Assembly (NCBI GenBank): GCA_964246225.1
Contig: CAXTQE010000002.1
Span: forward strand, 7,229-71,228
Direction of reading: 5' to 3'
DNA: 64,000 nt
DNA from: an uncultured Acidobacteriaceae bacterium
GTDB taxonomy: Bacteria > Acidobacteriota > Terriglobia > Terriglobales > Acidobacteriaceae
Shown here: in pieces, positions 21,751 through 32,485 of the stretch
Layout: every line of letters starts with the position of its first letter
Numbering within the stretch: the stretch's first letter is position 1
Position numbers and translations under genes: made by a program
The notes under the pieces: generated by a model
Told to the model about the DNA's origin: nothing
Database searches by the model: none
The model's input: the letters and a program-made list of their open reading frames with translations, nothing else

Positions 21751-22308
21751 TGACATCAACCTCTGAGCAAAGGTCGAGAACGGGTCCGTATACCGAGGCG
21801 AGATAGACGTTGGCCAGAACCGAACTTGTCGGAGCACCCTGCGGAAGATGTCGCTCGTAAGTGATGAGGCGGGTCAGGAAACTTGCTACATCCAGGCTGC
21901 AGCCTAGTTCGTGCCGCCAAACTCCAAAAACATGGGTGTTCGAGACGCTGGGATAGTAGCTCTCAATATCCATCATTCACAATGAGCTTTGCGCCTATGT
22001 GCCGGGCTGCATTGGTGTGAATTGTTTGTTCTTTGACCGCACCGAAAAGGAAACTGGGAGCTTCGAGATGCCCTGGCAAGCGCCGGGCAATCTTGCGCTC
22101 CACGCGTTTCAATTCATGACTAGGGTTATCAATTGAGCGAAGTTTTGTTAAAACGACACGTTGAAACGTCTTCGTCTTTTTGGTCGTTCAAATGGCGAAC
22201 AGTGAAGGGCAGTGTTGGACGACAACAAATGAAGCGTTTCGCGGTCTTCACCGAGCCGGAATTCGAGGTCGCGAGGCTTCGAAGGTTTATGGGTTGGAAC
22301 CGCTGCAT
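21749..22308 (-). pseudogene. retron-type reverse transcriptase, frameshifted, truncated before the YxDD motif
   Basis: Joined frames give MQRFQPINLRSL/RDLEFRLG...KLRSIDNPSHELKRVERKI...FLFGAVK...NAARHIGAKLIV/MDIESYYPSV...RLITYERHLPQGAPTSSVLAN. Confidence 0.85.
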
Positions 22309-22613
22309 CGCCTTTGTCGTTAGAATCATCCCAATCCGAGTGAAGTAGGAGCTCGGCTAATACCGTTGAGAGAGCTTGAAGCTGGTCTTTGCCGATCGCC
22401 GTCTTATCTGATTCTTCTGCTGCTAGCAGTGTGAAAAGATGGACGGAATCTTGAGTGCGCCTGCAATCTTCTCTAATGTGTCCGTGGTGGCATTGCGATC
22501 ACCCGACTCGATCAGTGATATGTAGCTGCGATTGAGAGAGGCCCGTGTTGCAAGTTCTTGCTGCGAGACGTTTGCATTGAACGAGCCATCCGAACTGCTT
22601 TCGAATAGTTCAT
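22300..22613 (-). pseudogene. XRE/HTH_3 protein upstream of the RT, frameshifted
   Basis: AGAAGG RBS, MNYSKAVRMARS/ANVSQQELATRASLNRSYISLIESGDRNATTDTLEKIAGALKIP/HLFTLLAAEE. Absent from the ORF track. 3' end approximate. Confidence 0.8.
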
Positions 22614-22671
22614 AGATACCTTCTTTTGGACGTAAGAGATGCCCCTTGAACTCCGTCGTCAGCCTTCTGCG

Positions 22672-22870
22672 TTAGGAAAGGTCAATCAGTGCCTCGGCAA
22701 GTTCCCGAATAATCTTGAAGACTTCTTCGCGATTGATTTCGTTTTTTTTGCTTGGCACGAGAGAGCTTTTTCAGAAAGCGGTTGAGTGTGCGCCGTTGTT
22801 CATTACCCAGTTCGTTGAGTGCCAGCGCGGACCGTACTTGGTCTTCGCAGGCACCGAGGTTTTTGCGTAA
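22672..22870 (-). pseudogene. small helical protein heading the HTH-RT operon (type VI retron SP-like)
   Basis: LRKNLGACEDQVRSALALNELGNEQRRTLNRFLKKLSRAKQK/NEINREEVFKIIRELAEALIDLS*. Frameshift in a poly-A run near 22745; start codon lost. Confidence 0.55.
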
Positions 22871-23066
22871 TGCGGGTCTTGGTCGATGAGCTGGATACGG
22901 TAATCGAAGGGGGAGTGATCGGCGGCGAGCTGCTCGACGGCGTGAGCGGGCAACACGACCTGGAAGCCGCTTTCACCGTCCAGTGCTACGACGGGCCTGC
23001 TTCCTGGTTCACGGTTGGCTGGTGGACGTGGAGATTGTGGACCCGCCTGCACAGTGGGTGATGTAG
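22870..23066 (+). pseudogene. small acidic hypothetical protein preceding the HNH-like gene
   Basis: MRVLVDELDTVIEGGVIGGELLDG...FTVQCYDG/CFLVHGWLVDVEIVDPPAQWVM*. Stop is 4 nt before the next ATG. Confidence 0.4.
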
Positions 23067-23070
23067 ACAG

Positions 23071-23250
23071 ATGGCGCGAGTGGTTCAGCGTTCGATCTGT
23101 TGTCCCTGCGGGAACGACAAGGTTTTTGCTTTAGGCCTCTGAGCGGCCTGTTACACGCTAAAACGGCAGGATGACGAATACTTCGGCGGTCACCGGGAAG
23201 AGGTGCTGGCTACCGGTGCGCCGTTCCCGGCTACGCAACACATAAGTGAG
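23071..23250 (+). pseudogene. second, degraded copy of the Zn-ribbon/HNH-like gene
   Basis: MARVVQRSICCPCGNDKVFALGL*AACYTLKRQDDEYFGGHREEVLA. TGA at 23140. Aligns to bases 1-90. Confidence 0.65.
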
Positions 23251-23254
23251 GCAA

Positions 23255-23683
23255 TCATCTTGTTGCCGGTTGAGCTGCAGCATCGTCGTAAGCGCGCCTG
23301 CAACGGTCTATTTTTGTGCTGTGTTCGATGATCCACTGGTTGACAGGGGTGAGTGCAGCTAAAAGTCCGGCACCCATCTCTGTGAGTTCGTACTCTACTC
23401 GTGGCGGCACTTCGGCAAAGAGATGCCGCAGCACAAGACCATCCCGTTCCAAATTGCGTAGTGTAAGCGTCAGCATGCGTTGAGTAATACCGTCTGCCTG
23501 CTGCTTCAGCACAGAAAACCGCGCGCGTCGTCCGGCAGCCGATGTGATACGCCAAAGCACCAACACTGTCCATTTGTCGTTCAACCGTGAACAAAGGCCG
23601 TTCGAATCATCCGGTTGAAAGCGGCTATCCTCTGGCGTGTCTTGATCTGATCTGTTTTGCTTTGTGTTCTCCAAACGTATCAT
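23255..23683 (-). CDS. HxlR-family winged-helix regulator
   Basis: DKWTVLVL, RFSVL, GITQRMLTLTLRNLERDGLV and VPPRVEYELTEMG. Confidence 0.85.
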   Translation of the reverse strand: MIRLENTKQNRSDQDTPEDSRFQPDDSNGLCSRLNDKWTVLVLWRITSAAGRRARFSVLKQQADGITQRMLTLTLRNLERDGLVLRHLFAEVPPRVEYELTEMGAGLLAALTPVNQWIIEHSTKIDRCRRAYDDAAAQPATR

Positions 23684-24219
23684 CTGTGTGCCTTAGGCGT
23701 AGCAATGTGCCGTCATGAGGCGCAGCTCGTCGCTTCCAGTGCGTTGAAGATGCCGGAAGAGGAGATGAACTGGAGTGACTTCTTTGTCGCTCCGGCGAGC
23801 AATGTCGCGCAGGAAATTGCCCGTTGAGGTGGCGATCGAGAGCAGGGGAGATAGGTGAACCCCTGCATTTTGAGATACAAGCGCACTGGCTCCGCTGTGC
23901 GTGCAGCAGCAGCCGAGCCCCGCAGTGCGGAAGTTGCTTGAGCAGCATGAAATTGCGGTATGGTGGGCGACGCCGGTGGAAACGTGTTGATTTACCTTAT
24001 AAACTCGCACATCGATCACCTTTGGCTGGTTCACGAGCACATACTGTTCGTTGCACGCGGCAACGTTGTGGAACGTTGTTGGACCTCTCTGAAGTGACTG
24101 CCCGCCGGCATCGTGCGTCAAGGGTCACCTGTTGTTGCGCAACGGCGACATAGGCATGAACAACGTGACAAGCAAAGAGTGCTCGAAGGATTTTTATGCA
24201 TGTATTTTGAACCTCGAGG

Positions 24220-25509
24220 TCAGGTTCGGTCTGAGGTGAATCCAGCCTTGCGGAAGGCGACGGCGATTTCCGGGTTGGAACGGAAATGCTGCCAAACAAA
24301 GCCGCTGCGCAGGTTTTCAGCCATCAGGAGGCCGATACCGAGATCAATGCCAAGCACGTCGGGTCCGTACCAGTCGACGGCGGGATGGAGGGCGTCACAG
24401 AAGCCGTAGCGTCCCCAGGCCTTGGCACCGTAGTCCATTTTCAGCGCGCGAAGCACTTGGAGGCAGTCTGCTGGCAGGAACGCAAGCGACCCGGCTGCGG
24501 CGCACGGCACCACCGAGCCGTCGACGAGGCCGATCTTCGGCGGGCCGCCCCATGCTTGGTAGCCGGATTGGGAATCGGACGCCGTTATACCCCAGTAGTC
24601 CTGCGAGTAGGGTGCGCCCAGGTCGATGCAGAAGCGTTTGTGGGCGCGCGTCGCGAGCATCGAGTTTTGAAAGTAATTGGCGTACGAGTCGCGCTGCTTG
24701 CGGAAATCGAACCAGGCATGGCTGTACTGGTGCGTAAAAAGCGGGTCGTTGCCGGAGATGTAGGTAAGGCTGTCGTAGGTAATTGTCGGCCGGCTCCAGA
24801 CGGTCCACACCCTGGGGTCGACGGGATAGGTTGGTGAGCCAAGCGCCAGCAGGGGGATCATCATCAGCTCGCAGTAGTGGTTCCAGCGCGCCTCGATAAA
24901 ACCCGTGTTAGCGTGCCAGCCCATGGAAAACTCGTCACCGCCGTTCAACATCCATGGCCAGTCCACGCGATTGTAGATGGCAGTCGCCAATCGCACGATC
25001 TCCGGGCTATGCGCGAAGTAGCCGCGCGCCAGCAGCACGCCGCAGAGCAGCAGCGCGGTGTCGATGGAGGAGACTTCGCTCCAACTCATGGGCAAGCCTG
25101 TTTCGATGTCGTTGAAGTGGTAAAAAAAGCCATGCTCGTGCTTCATCTCGTTGCCGTGAAACTGAAGGGCGCGCAGGACCTGTGCTTCAATCGTGTCGCG
25201 AGAGCCGTAGCCGCGGTAGTGCGCGATGCATAGGGCAGACAAGCCGAAGCCCGTGGCGGCGATGCTGGCGTTGCGACGTGGGTCCAGCAAACCTGCAGGG
25301 TTTACGGCAGCGGCGCGGTCCTGCACCTGCCCGTTCACGGGGCTGGCCTGTTCGACGAAGAAGAGGCAAGCCCGGCGTTCGAGGTCGTCGAGAAATTTTT
25401 CATCGGCCAGCGCAAGCTTCGTTGGTCGGGCGGCAGCAACTGCCGGCAGGCAAAGCGATGCCGCGCCGGCCACGAGCCCGCCGAGGGCTTGCCGGCGTGT
25501 GACAGTCAC
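24220..25509 (-). CDS. glycoamylase-domain glycoside hydrolase (GH144-like), Tat-exported
   Basis: TRRQAL Tat motif, SIAATGFGL, HGFFYHF, EVSSIDTALL, PLFTHQYSH, WGITAS and YGFCDA. Confidence 0.85.
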   Translation of the reverse strand: MTVTRRQALGGLVAGAASLCLPAVAAARPTKLALADEKFLDDLERRACLFFVEQASPVNGQVQDRAAAVNPAGLLDPRRNASIAATGFGLSALCIAHYRGYGSRDTIEAQVLRALQFHGNEMKHEHGFFYHFNDIETGLPMSWSEVSSIDTALLLCGVLLARGYFAHSPEIVRLATAIYNRVDWPWMLNGGDEFSMGWHANTGFIEARWNHYCELMMIPLLALGSPTYPVDPRVWTVWSRPTITYDSLTYISGNDPLFTHQYSHAWFDFRKQRDSYANYFQNSMLATRAHKRFCIDLGAPYSQDYWGITASDSQSGYQAWGGPPKIGLVDGSVVPCAAAGSLAFLPADCLQVLRALKMDYGAKAWGRYGFCDALHPAVDWYGPDVLGIDLGIGLLMAENLRSGFVWQHFRSNPEIAVAFRKAGFTSDRT

Positions 25510-27101
25510 TTCGCAATCCTCAGCACGGCCAAGCCCTGCGCAGGCACCGTGATACGTAGAGTCCCGTTTTGCAGCCGCTGCCGTTCCGCCGGCGCCATGG
25601 CCCCGGCGATTTTCAGTTGAGCTACTTGATCCTTTGTGAGGCTGCCCGTGGGCCGGCCCATCTGATCGAAGAGCTTAAGTGTATTACCGTGGTCGAAGTC
25701 TACGCGGAGGACCTCAACAAGGGCGTCGGCCGGCACATGTTCAAGGTACAGATCGAACGTGCGCGTCGAACCCGCCGGGCCATGTGGCATGGTGTAGCTA
25801 GGGCCGGTGCCGATCGGCTCCGCATAGTCCCATAGCGCAATCACAAGACTGCCGTCCGGGGTCGTGGTTGCAAGTGCAGAGTTGGACTTGACCGCAAGGC
25901 GATGGTTGCCCAGCGTATGGAGCGCGGCGAAAACGTTGAACGAGGCCTTGGGGATCTCATCGGCGGCGATCAGCCCGAAGCCGCCGTAGAACGGCGTCGT
26001 CACGACGCCCTGCTCCTCAAAGACGTCGGAAAAGTCCCAGTACGCCATCGACTCGGTCAGGCCATCGCAGAGACGGATGTTGTTCGCCAGCCACGGCCCG
26101 ATGTAAGGCGAATCGGTGACGTTCGGCTCGTTTGAGTAGCTGGCATTGTATTCAGAAAAAATCAGCGGCATGTGTGGGTACGGCGAAGCGAGAATTTGCT
26201 CGTGGACCATCTTGACCGAACGGTAGACCATGGTCTCTCGTGTGGTCGGCTCATCGGTGCCGAAGACGTCATGCGAGGTGTCGTTCGCGTAGACGTGCGT
26301 GGATACGAAGTCGGCCGGCACTCCAGCGTCCTTCAGATGCTGCAGAAACGGTGTGACCCACGCGGCCTGCGCGGTGGCCGGGCCGCCCACTCGCAGCCGC
26401 AGCGAGACGGACTTGAGCGCGCGCGCGGTATGGTCGTAAAGCTCAAAGTAGGTCGGCTGCCGCGGGTTGCCGCCCCAAAAATCGAGGTTCGGCTCGTTCC
26501 AGACCTCGAAGTTCCAGCTCGCCACTTCGTTCAGCCCATAGCGCTCGACCAAATGCTGCGCGAAGGCGCGAATCATGTCGTCCCAAAGCTTGTAGTCTTT
26601 GGGTGGACTAACGATTGGTTTGTAGAAAAAGCTTTGCGTGATAGATGGGTCTGCGGCCATCTTGCGGGGCATGAAGCTTAGCTCCACAAAGGGTTTCACA
26701 TGGCTGACAAGCAGGCCGTCGTAAATTTTGTCGACGTAAGAAAAGTTGTACGTCTGCGCGTCGTGCACCGCCTCGGCGGCTAGGCCAGGGTTCTGTACAG
26801 TGCGGTTCGGGTCATAAAGGCCGACTTCGTCCATAAGGATGCCGTGAAAACGCACGGACTGGAATCCAGTGGCCTGCTCGACCGCGCGCAGATCGTTGCG
26901 GTACTCCTCACGCAGGCTGAGGATGGCGCGGCCAGATCCGAAGGTCTGTTCCCAAAAGTGGGGGAACGGCGTGGCTGGCGCGGCAGCATCGATTACTAGA
27001 CGCTCGGTTTGCTGGGCGAACGAGGCAAGTGGAAGCAGGGTGATGCATGCAGTACCCCATGCAGCGGTAGCCAGGAGCGCGCGAAAACGAATCATGTTCA
27101 T
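25506..27101 (-). CDS. GH39 glycosidase (beta-xylosidase-like), secreted
   Basis: VRFHGIL, YNFSYVD, PFVELSFMP, EVWNEPN (acid/base) and IFSEYN (nucleophile). Start chosen near the signal peptide. Confidence 0.88.
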   Translation of the reverse strand: MNMIRFRALLATAAWGTACITLLPLASFAQQTERLVIDAAAPATPFPHFWEQTFGSGRAILSLREEYRNDLRAVEQATGFQSVRFHGILMDEVGLYDPNRTVQNPGLAAEAVHDAQTYNFSYVDKIYDGLLVSHVKPFVELSFMPRKMAADPSITQSFFYKPIVSPPKDYKLWDDMIRAFAQHLVERYGLNEVASWNFEVWNEPNLDFWGGNPRQPTYFELYDHTARALKSVSLRLRVGGPATAQAAWVTPFLQHLKDAGVPADFVSTHVYANDTSHDVFGTDEPTTRETMVYRSVKMVHEQILASPYPHMPLIFSEYNASYSNEPNVTDSPYIGPWLANNIRLCDGLTESMAYWDFSDVFEEQGVVTTPFYGGFGLIAADEIPKASFNVFAALHTLGNHRLAVKSNSALATTTPDGSLVIALWDYAEPIGTGPSYTMPHGPAGSTRTFDLYLEHVPADALVEVLRVDFDHGNTLKLFDQMGRPTGSLTKDQVAQLKIAGAMAPAERQRLQNGTLRITVPAQGLAVLRIAK

Positions 27102-27200
27102 CCTGAGAGACACCATTTCCATCATTGTGGGATACAGCGTCAGGAAAGGAACGGGTGCTCCTGTGTAAGCAAGCACCCGTGAGCAGCCTGCAGATCGTCA

Positions 27201-30200
27201 TCAAAATGAGAAGCGCACCTGCAGATTTACGACGCGGCCACTCAAGGCAGCTTGCTGACCATTGGTGCCGCTGACCACCTGCCCAAAGTTCTGGTTCGCA
27301 ATGTCAGTCACGAGTGCGCCGCTGTTTAGATTGGTCTGGTTGAAAAGATTGAATGCGTCCGCACGAAACTCAAGACCGGCTTGCTCGCCCAAGCCAGGCA
27401 TCCGGGGTAGCAGGAAATTCTTTGTGATGGTCGCGTCGAGGTCCATATAGCCAGGCCCAGTGAACGTGTTGCGGCTAACGCCCGGTAACTGAGGCAGGGT
27501 GTAGGTGGTCGTCGTGGTAGTGCCGACCGTCGCCTGATTGATGCCGGTTGCGGCAAGGGCAAAATAAGGCTGCGCGCCAGTGGCAGTAATCAGAGGAAAG
27601 TTCAGATTCGTTCTGCCGCTTTCGTAGGCGTCGTTGGACCGATTCTGGCCGGCATTGCTGTTATAAGCGGCCGGACGCAGCTGATTGTAGTTGCTATTGC
27701 CATAGTAAAGATTGCTGCCAAGATTCTGGATGGGTGTGAACGGAAATCCACTATGAATGTTGTAGATGCCGCTGACACCCCACCCATTAAAGGCAATCCG
27801 CTGCAGCTCGTTGTTGGCCCGAAACTTCGGCTGGTAAAGTCCATACAGCTTGAAGGCCTTACCGAAGTCGAAATCGGAGCGACCGTAGGCGAGCTGGGGC
27901 GCGTATGGGTACGGGTCCTCATAATACGGTCCGGAGCCGGTATCCATAGAACGTGAATAGTTGAACTCCGCATCGACCAGCAGGCCGTGTGACATTTGGT
28001 GCTTCAGGCCGACCAGCAGTGCATTGTTGTTTGAATTTCCAGTATTTCCATAGTAGTCGATGCCATTCACCAGCGGATTCTGCGCCTCCCCCAGCGCGAA
28101 GGCATTCACGTACAGTTGCGATTGCACAATCAGGTGCCGCGTTGTCGAGCCGGTGTAGCCCGCAGTAGCCACCAGCTGGTGGCCCAGGTCAACCTCGGTG
28201 TCGAGCGAGAAGTGCTGCGTATAGATCGTTGGCTGATGTGCCTGAAACGCGGTAACAGAGACCCCGCCCTGGGTGGGCAGATTGGCAGCGTTATAGCCGC
28301 CGACTGTGTTCGGATTCGCAGGGTAGCCGAAGAGTGTGTTGCTGTTGGTTGGAACGGCATAAACGATGCGCGGATCGATTTGTTGCGGGCTGCCGCTGAC
28401 GAAGTTTACGTTGTTGACGAAAGGTGGGTTTCCGCCAGAGTTGCCGGTAATAGCGATCTCGGTCTGATTGAAATTTAGGCCATAGCCGCCACGCACGACG
28501 GCCTTGCCGCGGAGTTCTGCGGGGCTGTAAGCGAAGCCGAACTGCGGGCCGAAGTTGCCTTTCTGGGACTGCGTCAGGTTGCCCCCGGTGCGAACGCTAA
28601 GACCAGTGAAGGTGGAGGCCGCAGAGCCGAACTGAACAACGCCCAGGTTGCCTTCCTTGGAAGAGAGCGGTCCAAAGTAGGAGTAACGCAGGCCGAAGTT
28701 GAATGTGAGGTTCGGACGGGCCTTCCAATCGTCCTGAACAAAGAAGCCGTACAGGTCTTCGCGATTGTCCTGGCGATTGGTCGTAGGAGTTCCGGTCGCG
28801 GAACTGAAGGACCCCGCTTCGCTCTTCGGGGCGTCATTTAAGAAATCCCAAACGTTATAGAAGTTGAACGACGGGCGCGCCGAATAGGTCGGATTATTAA
28901 GGTAATAGAGCCGGGTAACTTGGCCGCCAAATTTGATTGAATGGTTGTGGAGGATCTTGGTGGCAACGTCCTTATAGTCATAGCTGTGCTGATTGAAGTT
29001 TGACGGCCCGGGCGCGCCAAAGCTGGACAGGGTGATATTGCCGATCTGCTGGCCGTTGTTGGTGTTTCCATCGACCTGATCCGTGGGCAGGCCAAACGGC
29101 TCCTGGGGGTTGGTCGTGATTTCGTTCCAGCGCCAGCCGGCATCGTTGGCCCGAGCTCATTCAAAAATGTGGAGGAGAAGACGTGGTTGTAGATGATGGT
29201 GTAAGCGTCGTTGACCTGTGAGTGATGGTAGAGGTTGTAGGCGCGAACCGAACCATTGAAGTTCGTGGTGCTTTGGGGAACCCAGTAGATGGCAAAGGCG
29301 AGGTGATCTTTTTTAGTGACATCGCCGTCTAGCCTGCCGTTGAACTGCCGGCCCACAGACTGGGTAGGATTTGTTGTGTTGTACTCAGCTATATCCGGCG
29401 TGTTCGTGAGGCCGGCCCCGATGCCAGGATTGGTGTTGCTGACGAACGTGAGGTCCTGCCGCCCCACACCGGTGGTCAGAGGCGACCCGATGTTGAGGCC
29501 TCCGGTGACGGTACGACAATTCGTGCTTTCCACCAAGCCGATGCTGGCGCAGGTCTGGTTGATTTGGGAAGAGGCCTGGACGCCCGCGCCAGGAAAGGTA
29601 AGGAACTTCTGCGCAATTGGCCCGCCGTTGGAGGCAAGGGAGTCAAATTGGGGGGTGTCATACCAGCCTGTGCTGGTGGAAGTGCTGTTGTTGCTAGTCG
29701 TTTCATAAGCGAAAAAAGCAAAAAGCCTGTTTTTCAGGATGGGGCCGCCAATCGATCCGCCATACTGATTTGACCGCTCCGTGTTGCGCAAGAGTCCGCG
29801 GCTGGCAGCAATTTCCGCTGAGGTCTCACCAGGAGTCGTCGTAAAGGGAAGAAGCGTTCCTGAGCCGTTGTAACGCTGAAAGGCGTTCAGCCCGGGACGG
29901 TTCGCGCGGAAGAACAGGCTGCCGTGCGGGCTGTTGGTCCCGGTTTTGGACTCGATCTGAATTTGCGCACCGGAGAAGCGGCCGTTTTCGGAGTCGTACT
30001 GATTCGAAACGATCTTAAGATTGCCGATCGAATCCTCTGTCGGTGTGATGATGGATGTTCCACCCCAAACGGCAGATGAGGTGCTGATGCCATCGATCGA
30101 GATGCTATTGGTCTCATATTGGCCGCCGTTAGAGTTGGCTTACGGACCATTTTCTGTAGCGAAGATACCGCTGCCACTTCCGCCGGGTCCCTGCGTTCCG

Positions 30201-30781
30201 GGCAGATTGTTGGTTCCGCCGGCCGCGGCCTGTGAGCCATCGCCAAAGACACCTGGAGCCAGTTGTGTAAGCGAGAAAACATCGCGGCCAGCCGAAGGTA
30301 AATGCTGAATCTCGTTCGCGTTCACGTTACCGGAGACGTTCGCGGTTTCGGTGTCGAGCGCAGCAACCGTATCAGCGGAGACGTTGACGGTGGTGCCGGC
30401 ATCGCCGATGTCCAAGCGAAGACTAACCGCGTTGGCCTGATCCGGGTTGAGAGTGTAGTCGCTGATCACCTGCTGCTTGAACCCTGGGGCGGACGCCGTA
30501 ATGGTGAAATGATCGTTCGCGAGTGCGTCGAAGTTATACGTGCCGCTCGCGTTCGCAATGGCAGTCAGAACCTTGCCAGTGTCCCCGTCTTTGAGCGTGA
30601 CGCTTGCGTTCGGGATCACCGCTCCGGTGCTATCGGTCACCGTACCCTGGATGGATGCTCGGAACTGCGCGTGCGCGGCGGCGGAGCAGACGACGGTGGA
30701 GGCCGCAAGCAGGGCGAGGCGCTTGGACATCTCAGGACGCCTTCGTCGGTTTGTGAGTTTGGTGGTGTGGACATGCAGCAT
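27201..30781 (-). pseudogene. TonB-dependent receptor with two lesions
   Basis: GAGGAGG RBS, signal peptide and carboxypeptidase-regulatory-like domain. In-frame TAA at 30140 and a 1-nt deletion near 29153; otherwise continuous to ...VNLQVRFSF. Confidence 0.88.
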
Positions 30782-30805
30782 AAAGCCTCCTCGTGAACCT
30801 ATCTA

Positions 30806-30877
30806 AGGAAACGTTGCCTAAGTCAGCCAAGGCGCCGTATCGGTGGGCCAGTAGCAACTCGAGTACGCAAACGTTTG
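30806..30877. promoter_or_regulatory. two LacI-type operators in the divergent TBDR/lacI intergenic region
   Basis: AGGAAACGTTGCCT (30806-30819) and CAAACGTTTG (30868-30877), both with the central AACGTT typical of LacI/GalR sites. Confidence 0.65.
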
Positions 30878-30956
30878 AGTCGCAGATGACTATGCGCTAC
30901 CCCCTCTTTAGCTGTCAAGGGCCCGACGCCAAGCTTTTTATGGAACACTCATACAC

Positions 30957-32117
30957 GTGACAATAGCCGACGGACAACCGCGCAAGCAGCGGGATACGAG
31001 CGGGCCGGACCGGCGCGTAAGCGCGCGGGAGCCGGTATCGCTTGGTACGCTGGCCGCGCACCTGAAGCTTTCGCAAGCGGCCATCTCGCGCGTACTCAAT
31101 GGCGTGCCGGCCGCGGCGGCAATCCCGCCGGCGACTCAGGAACGCATCTTCGCCGCTGCCCGAGAGTTCAACTATCGGCCCAATCTGCTGGCGCGCTCGT
31201 TGCGGCGAGGTCACTCAATGACGATTGGCGTGCTCCTTCCAGAAATTTCAGAAGGCTACGCAACGCTGGTACTGGCCGGGGTGGAACAGGGGCTGCTGCA
31301 GGCTGGCTATGCGTTCCTTCTATGCTCGCACCATCACCGGGCAGAGGTGATAGCCGCGTCGGAGACGATGCTGGCCGAGCGGGCCGTTGACGGTATCGTC
31401 GCCATCGACACGACGCTAGCGCATCGGACTCCGGGGAGGCGCGGCCAGTTGCCGACAGTTACGGTGTCCTGCCCGGACCAGGGCGGCAACACCACCGATA
31501 TCCTGATCGATCACGAGCGTGGGGCGGCGCTCGCGTTAGAGCATCTCCATGCGCTTGGGCATCGGCGAGTCGCGTTCATCAAGGGGCAGACTTTATCGTC
31601 CGATACCGAGCCGCGCTGGCGTGCAATTGAGACTTCGGCGAAGCGGCTTAAAATGCCAATCCACCCAGAGGCTGTGGTGCAACTCGAAAGCTACGCTCCC
31701 ACCCACGAGCCGGGGTATCTAGCGACCCGTACGCTGCTGAGCCGACGTTGCCCATTTACGGCGCTGTTTGCGTTCAACGATGTATCGGCTATCGGAGCCA
31801 TCCGGGCGCTTTGGCAAGCGGGCTTGCGCGTACCGCAAGATGTCTCCGTGGTAGGCGTCGACGATGTGCAGTCGGCGGCATTCCAGAACCCGGCACTGAC
31901 CACAGTGCGACAGCCGCTGTACGCCATGGGGCTGTTGGCGGCACGCGAGATCGTGCAGCTGATCACCGACGGCGACCTGCAGCATAAGCCCCTGGTGCTG
32001 ATCCCGGAGCTTGTTGTGCGGGAGTCGACAGCCGCCAACGCTCCTGCCAGCGCCAAGGACACGGCGGAAAAGCACACCAGTGTCTCACCTCGTGGACAAA
32101 GCTGTAGTGCATCCTGA
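30957..32117 (+). CDS. LacI-family transcriptional regulator
   Basis: HTH LAAHLKLSQAAISRVLN, YRPNLLARSL, FAFNDVSAIG and PALTTVRQP. Confidence 0.92.
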   Translation: MTIADGQPRKQRDTSGPDRRVSAREPVSLGTLAAHLKLSQAAISRVLNGVPAAAAIPPATQERIFAAAREFNYRPNLLARSLRRGHSMTIGVLLPEISEGYATLVLAGVEQGLLQAGYAFLLCSHHHRAEVIAASETMLAERAVDGIVAIDTTLAHRTPGRRGQLPTVTVSCPDQGGNTTDILIDHERGAALALEHLHALGHRRVAFIKGQTLSSDTEPRWRAIETSAKRLKMPIHPEAVVQLESYAPTHEPGYLATRTLLSRRCPFTALFAFNDVSAIGAIRALWQAGLRVPQDVSVVGVDDVQSAAFQNPALTTVRQPLYAMGLLAAREIVQLITDGDLQHKPLVLIPELVVRESTAANAPASAKDTAEKHTSVSPRGQSCSAS

Positions 32118-32164
32118 GCCGAGGGTGGTGAACTGGCCAAAAGCAGAGTGGGCGCGGCTCTATG

Positions 32165-32410
32165 CGGTCCTTCAGCCAAGTGACAACACCGCGCTGCTCA
32201 AAAGATCCACCCGTTGTCGCCCTGTCGGTGGAAGAGGCAGGGGAACATCTTGGACATTTCTTAAAGTTTGCTCAACTGGATGGACCCGCCTCAAGCAAAT
32301 TGACCAGAGAGCAGCTTGGATGGCAGCCGACGCAACCCGGTTTAATAGCAAAGCTTGAGCATTCTGAAGGCTACTTCAAGCTTGACAGAATTTGTATCCG
32401 ACCCGCTTGA
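32165..32410 (+). pseudogene. C-terminal fragment of an NAD-dependent epimerase/extended SDR
   Basis: PVVALSVEEAGEHLGHFLKFAQLDGPASSKLTREQLGWQPTQPGLIAKLE. Confidence 0.6.
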
Positions 32411-32485
32411 CGCAGACAACTTCCTCTCTAGTGAATAGGTCGTCTATTGGGGGATCGTCCATCATGATTGATCCGCACAAACCTT

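Noticed and set aside
21749-22308. RT as part of a group II intron or DGR
   Set aside because: No intron ends, maturase, TR/VR repeat pair or avd seen. The motifs and HTH neighbour fit a retron.
23690-24200. ORFs between HxlR and the GH144-like gene
   Set aside because: No coherent motif in any frame. Left uncalled.
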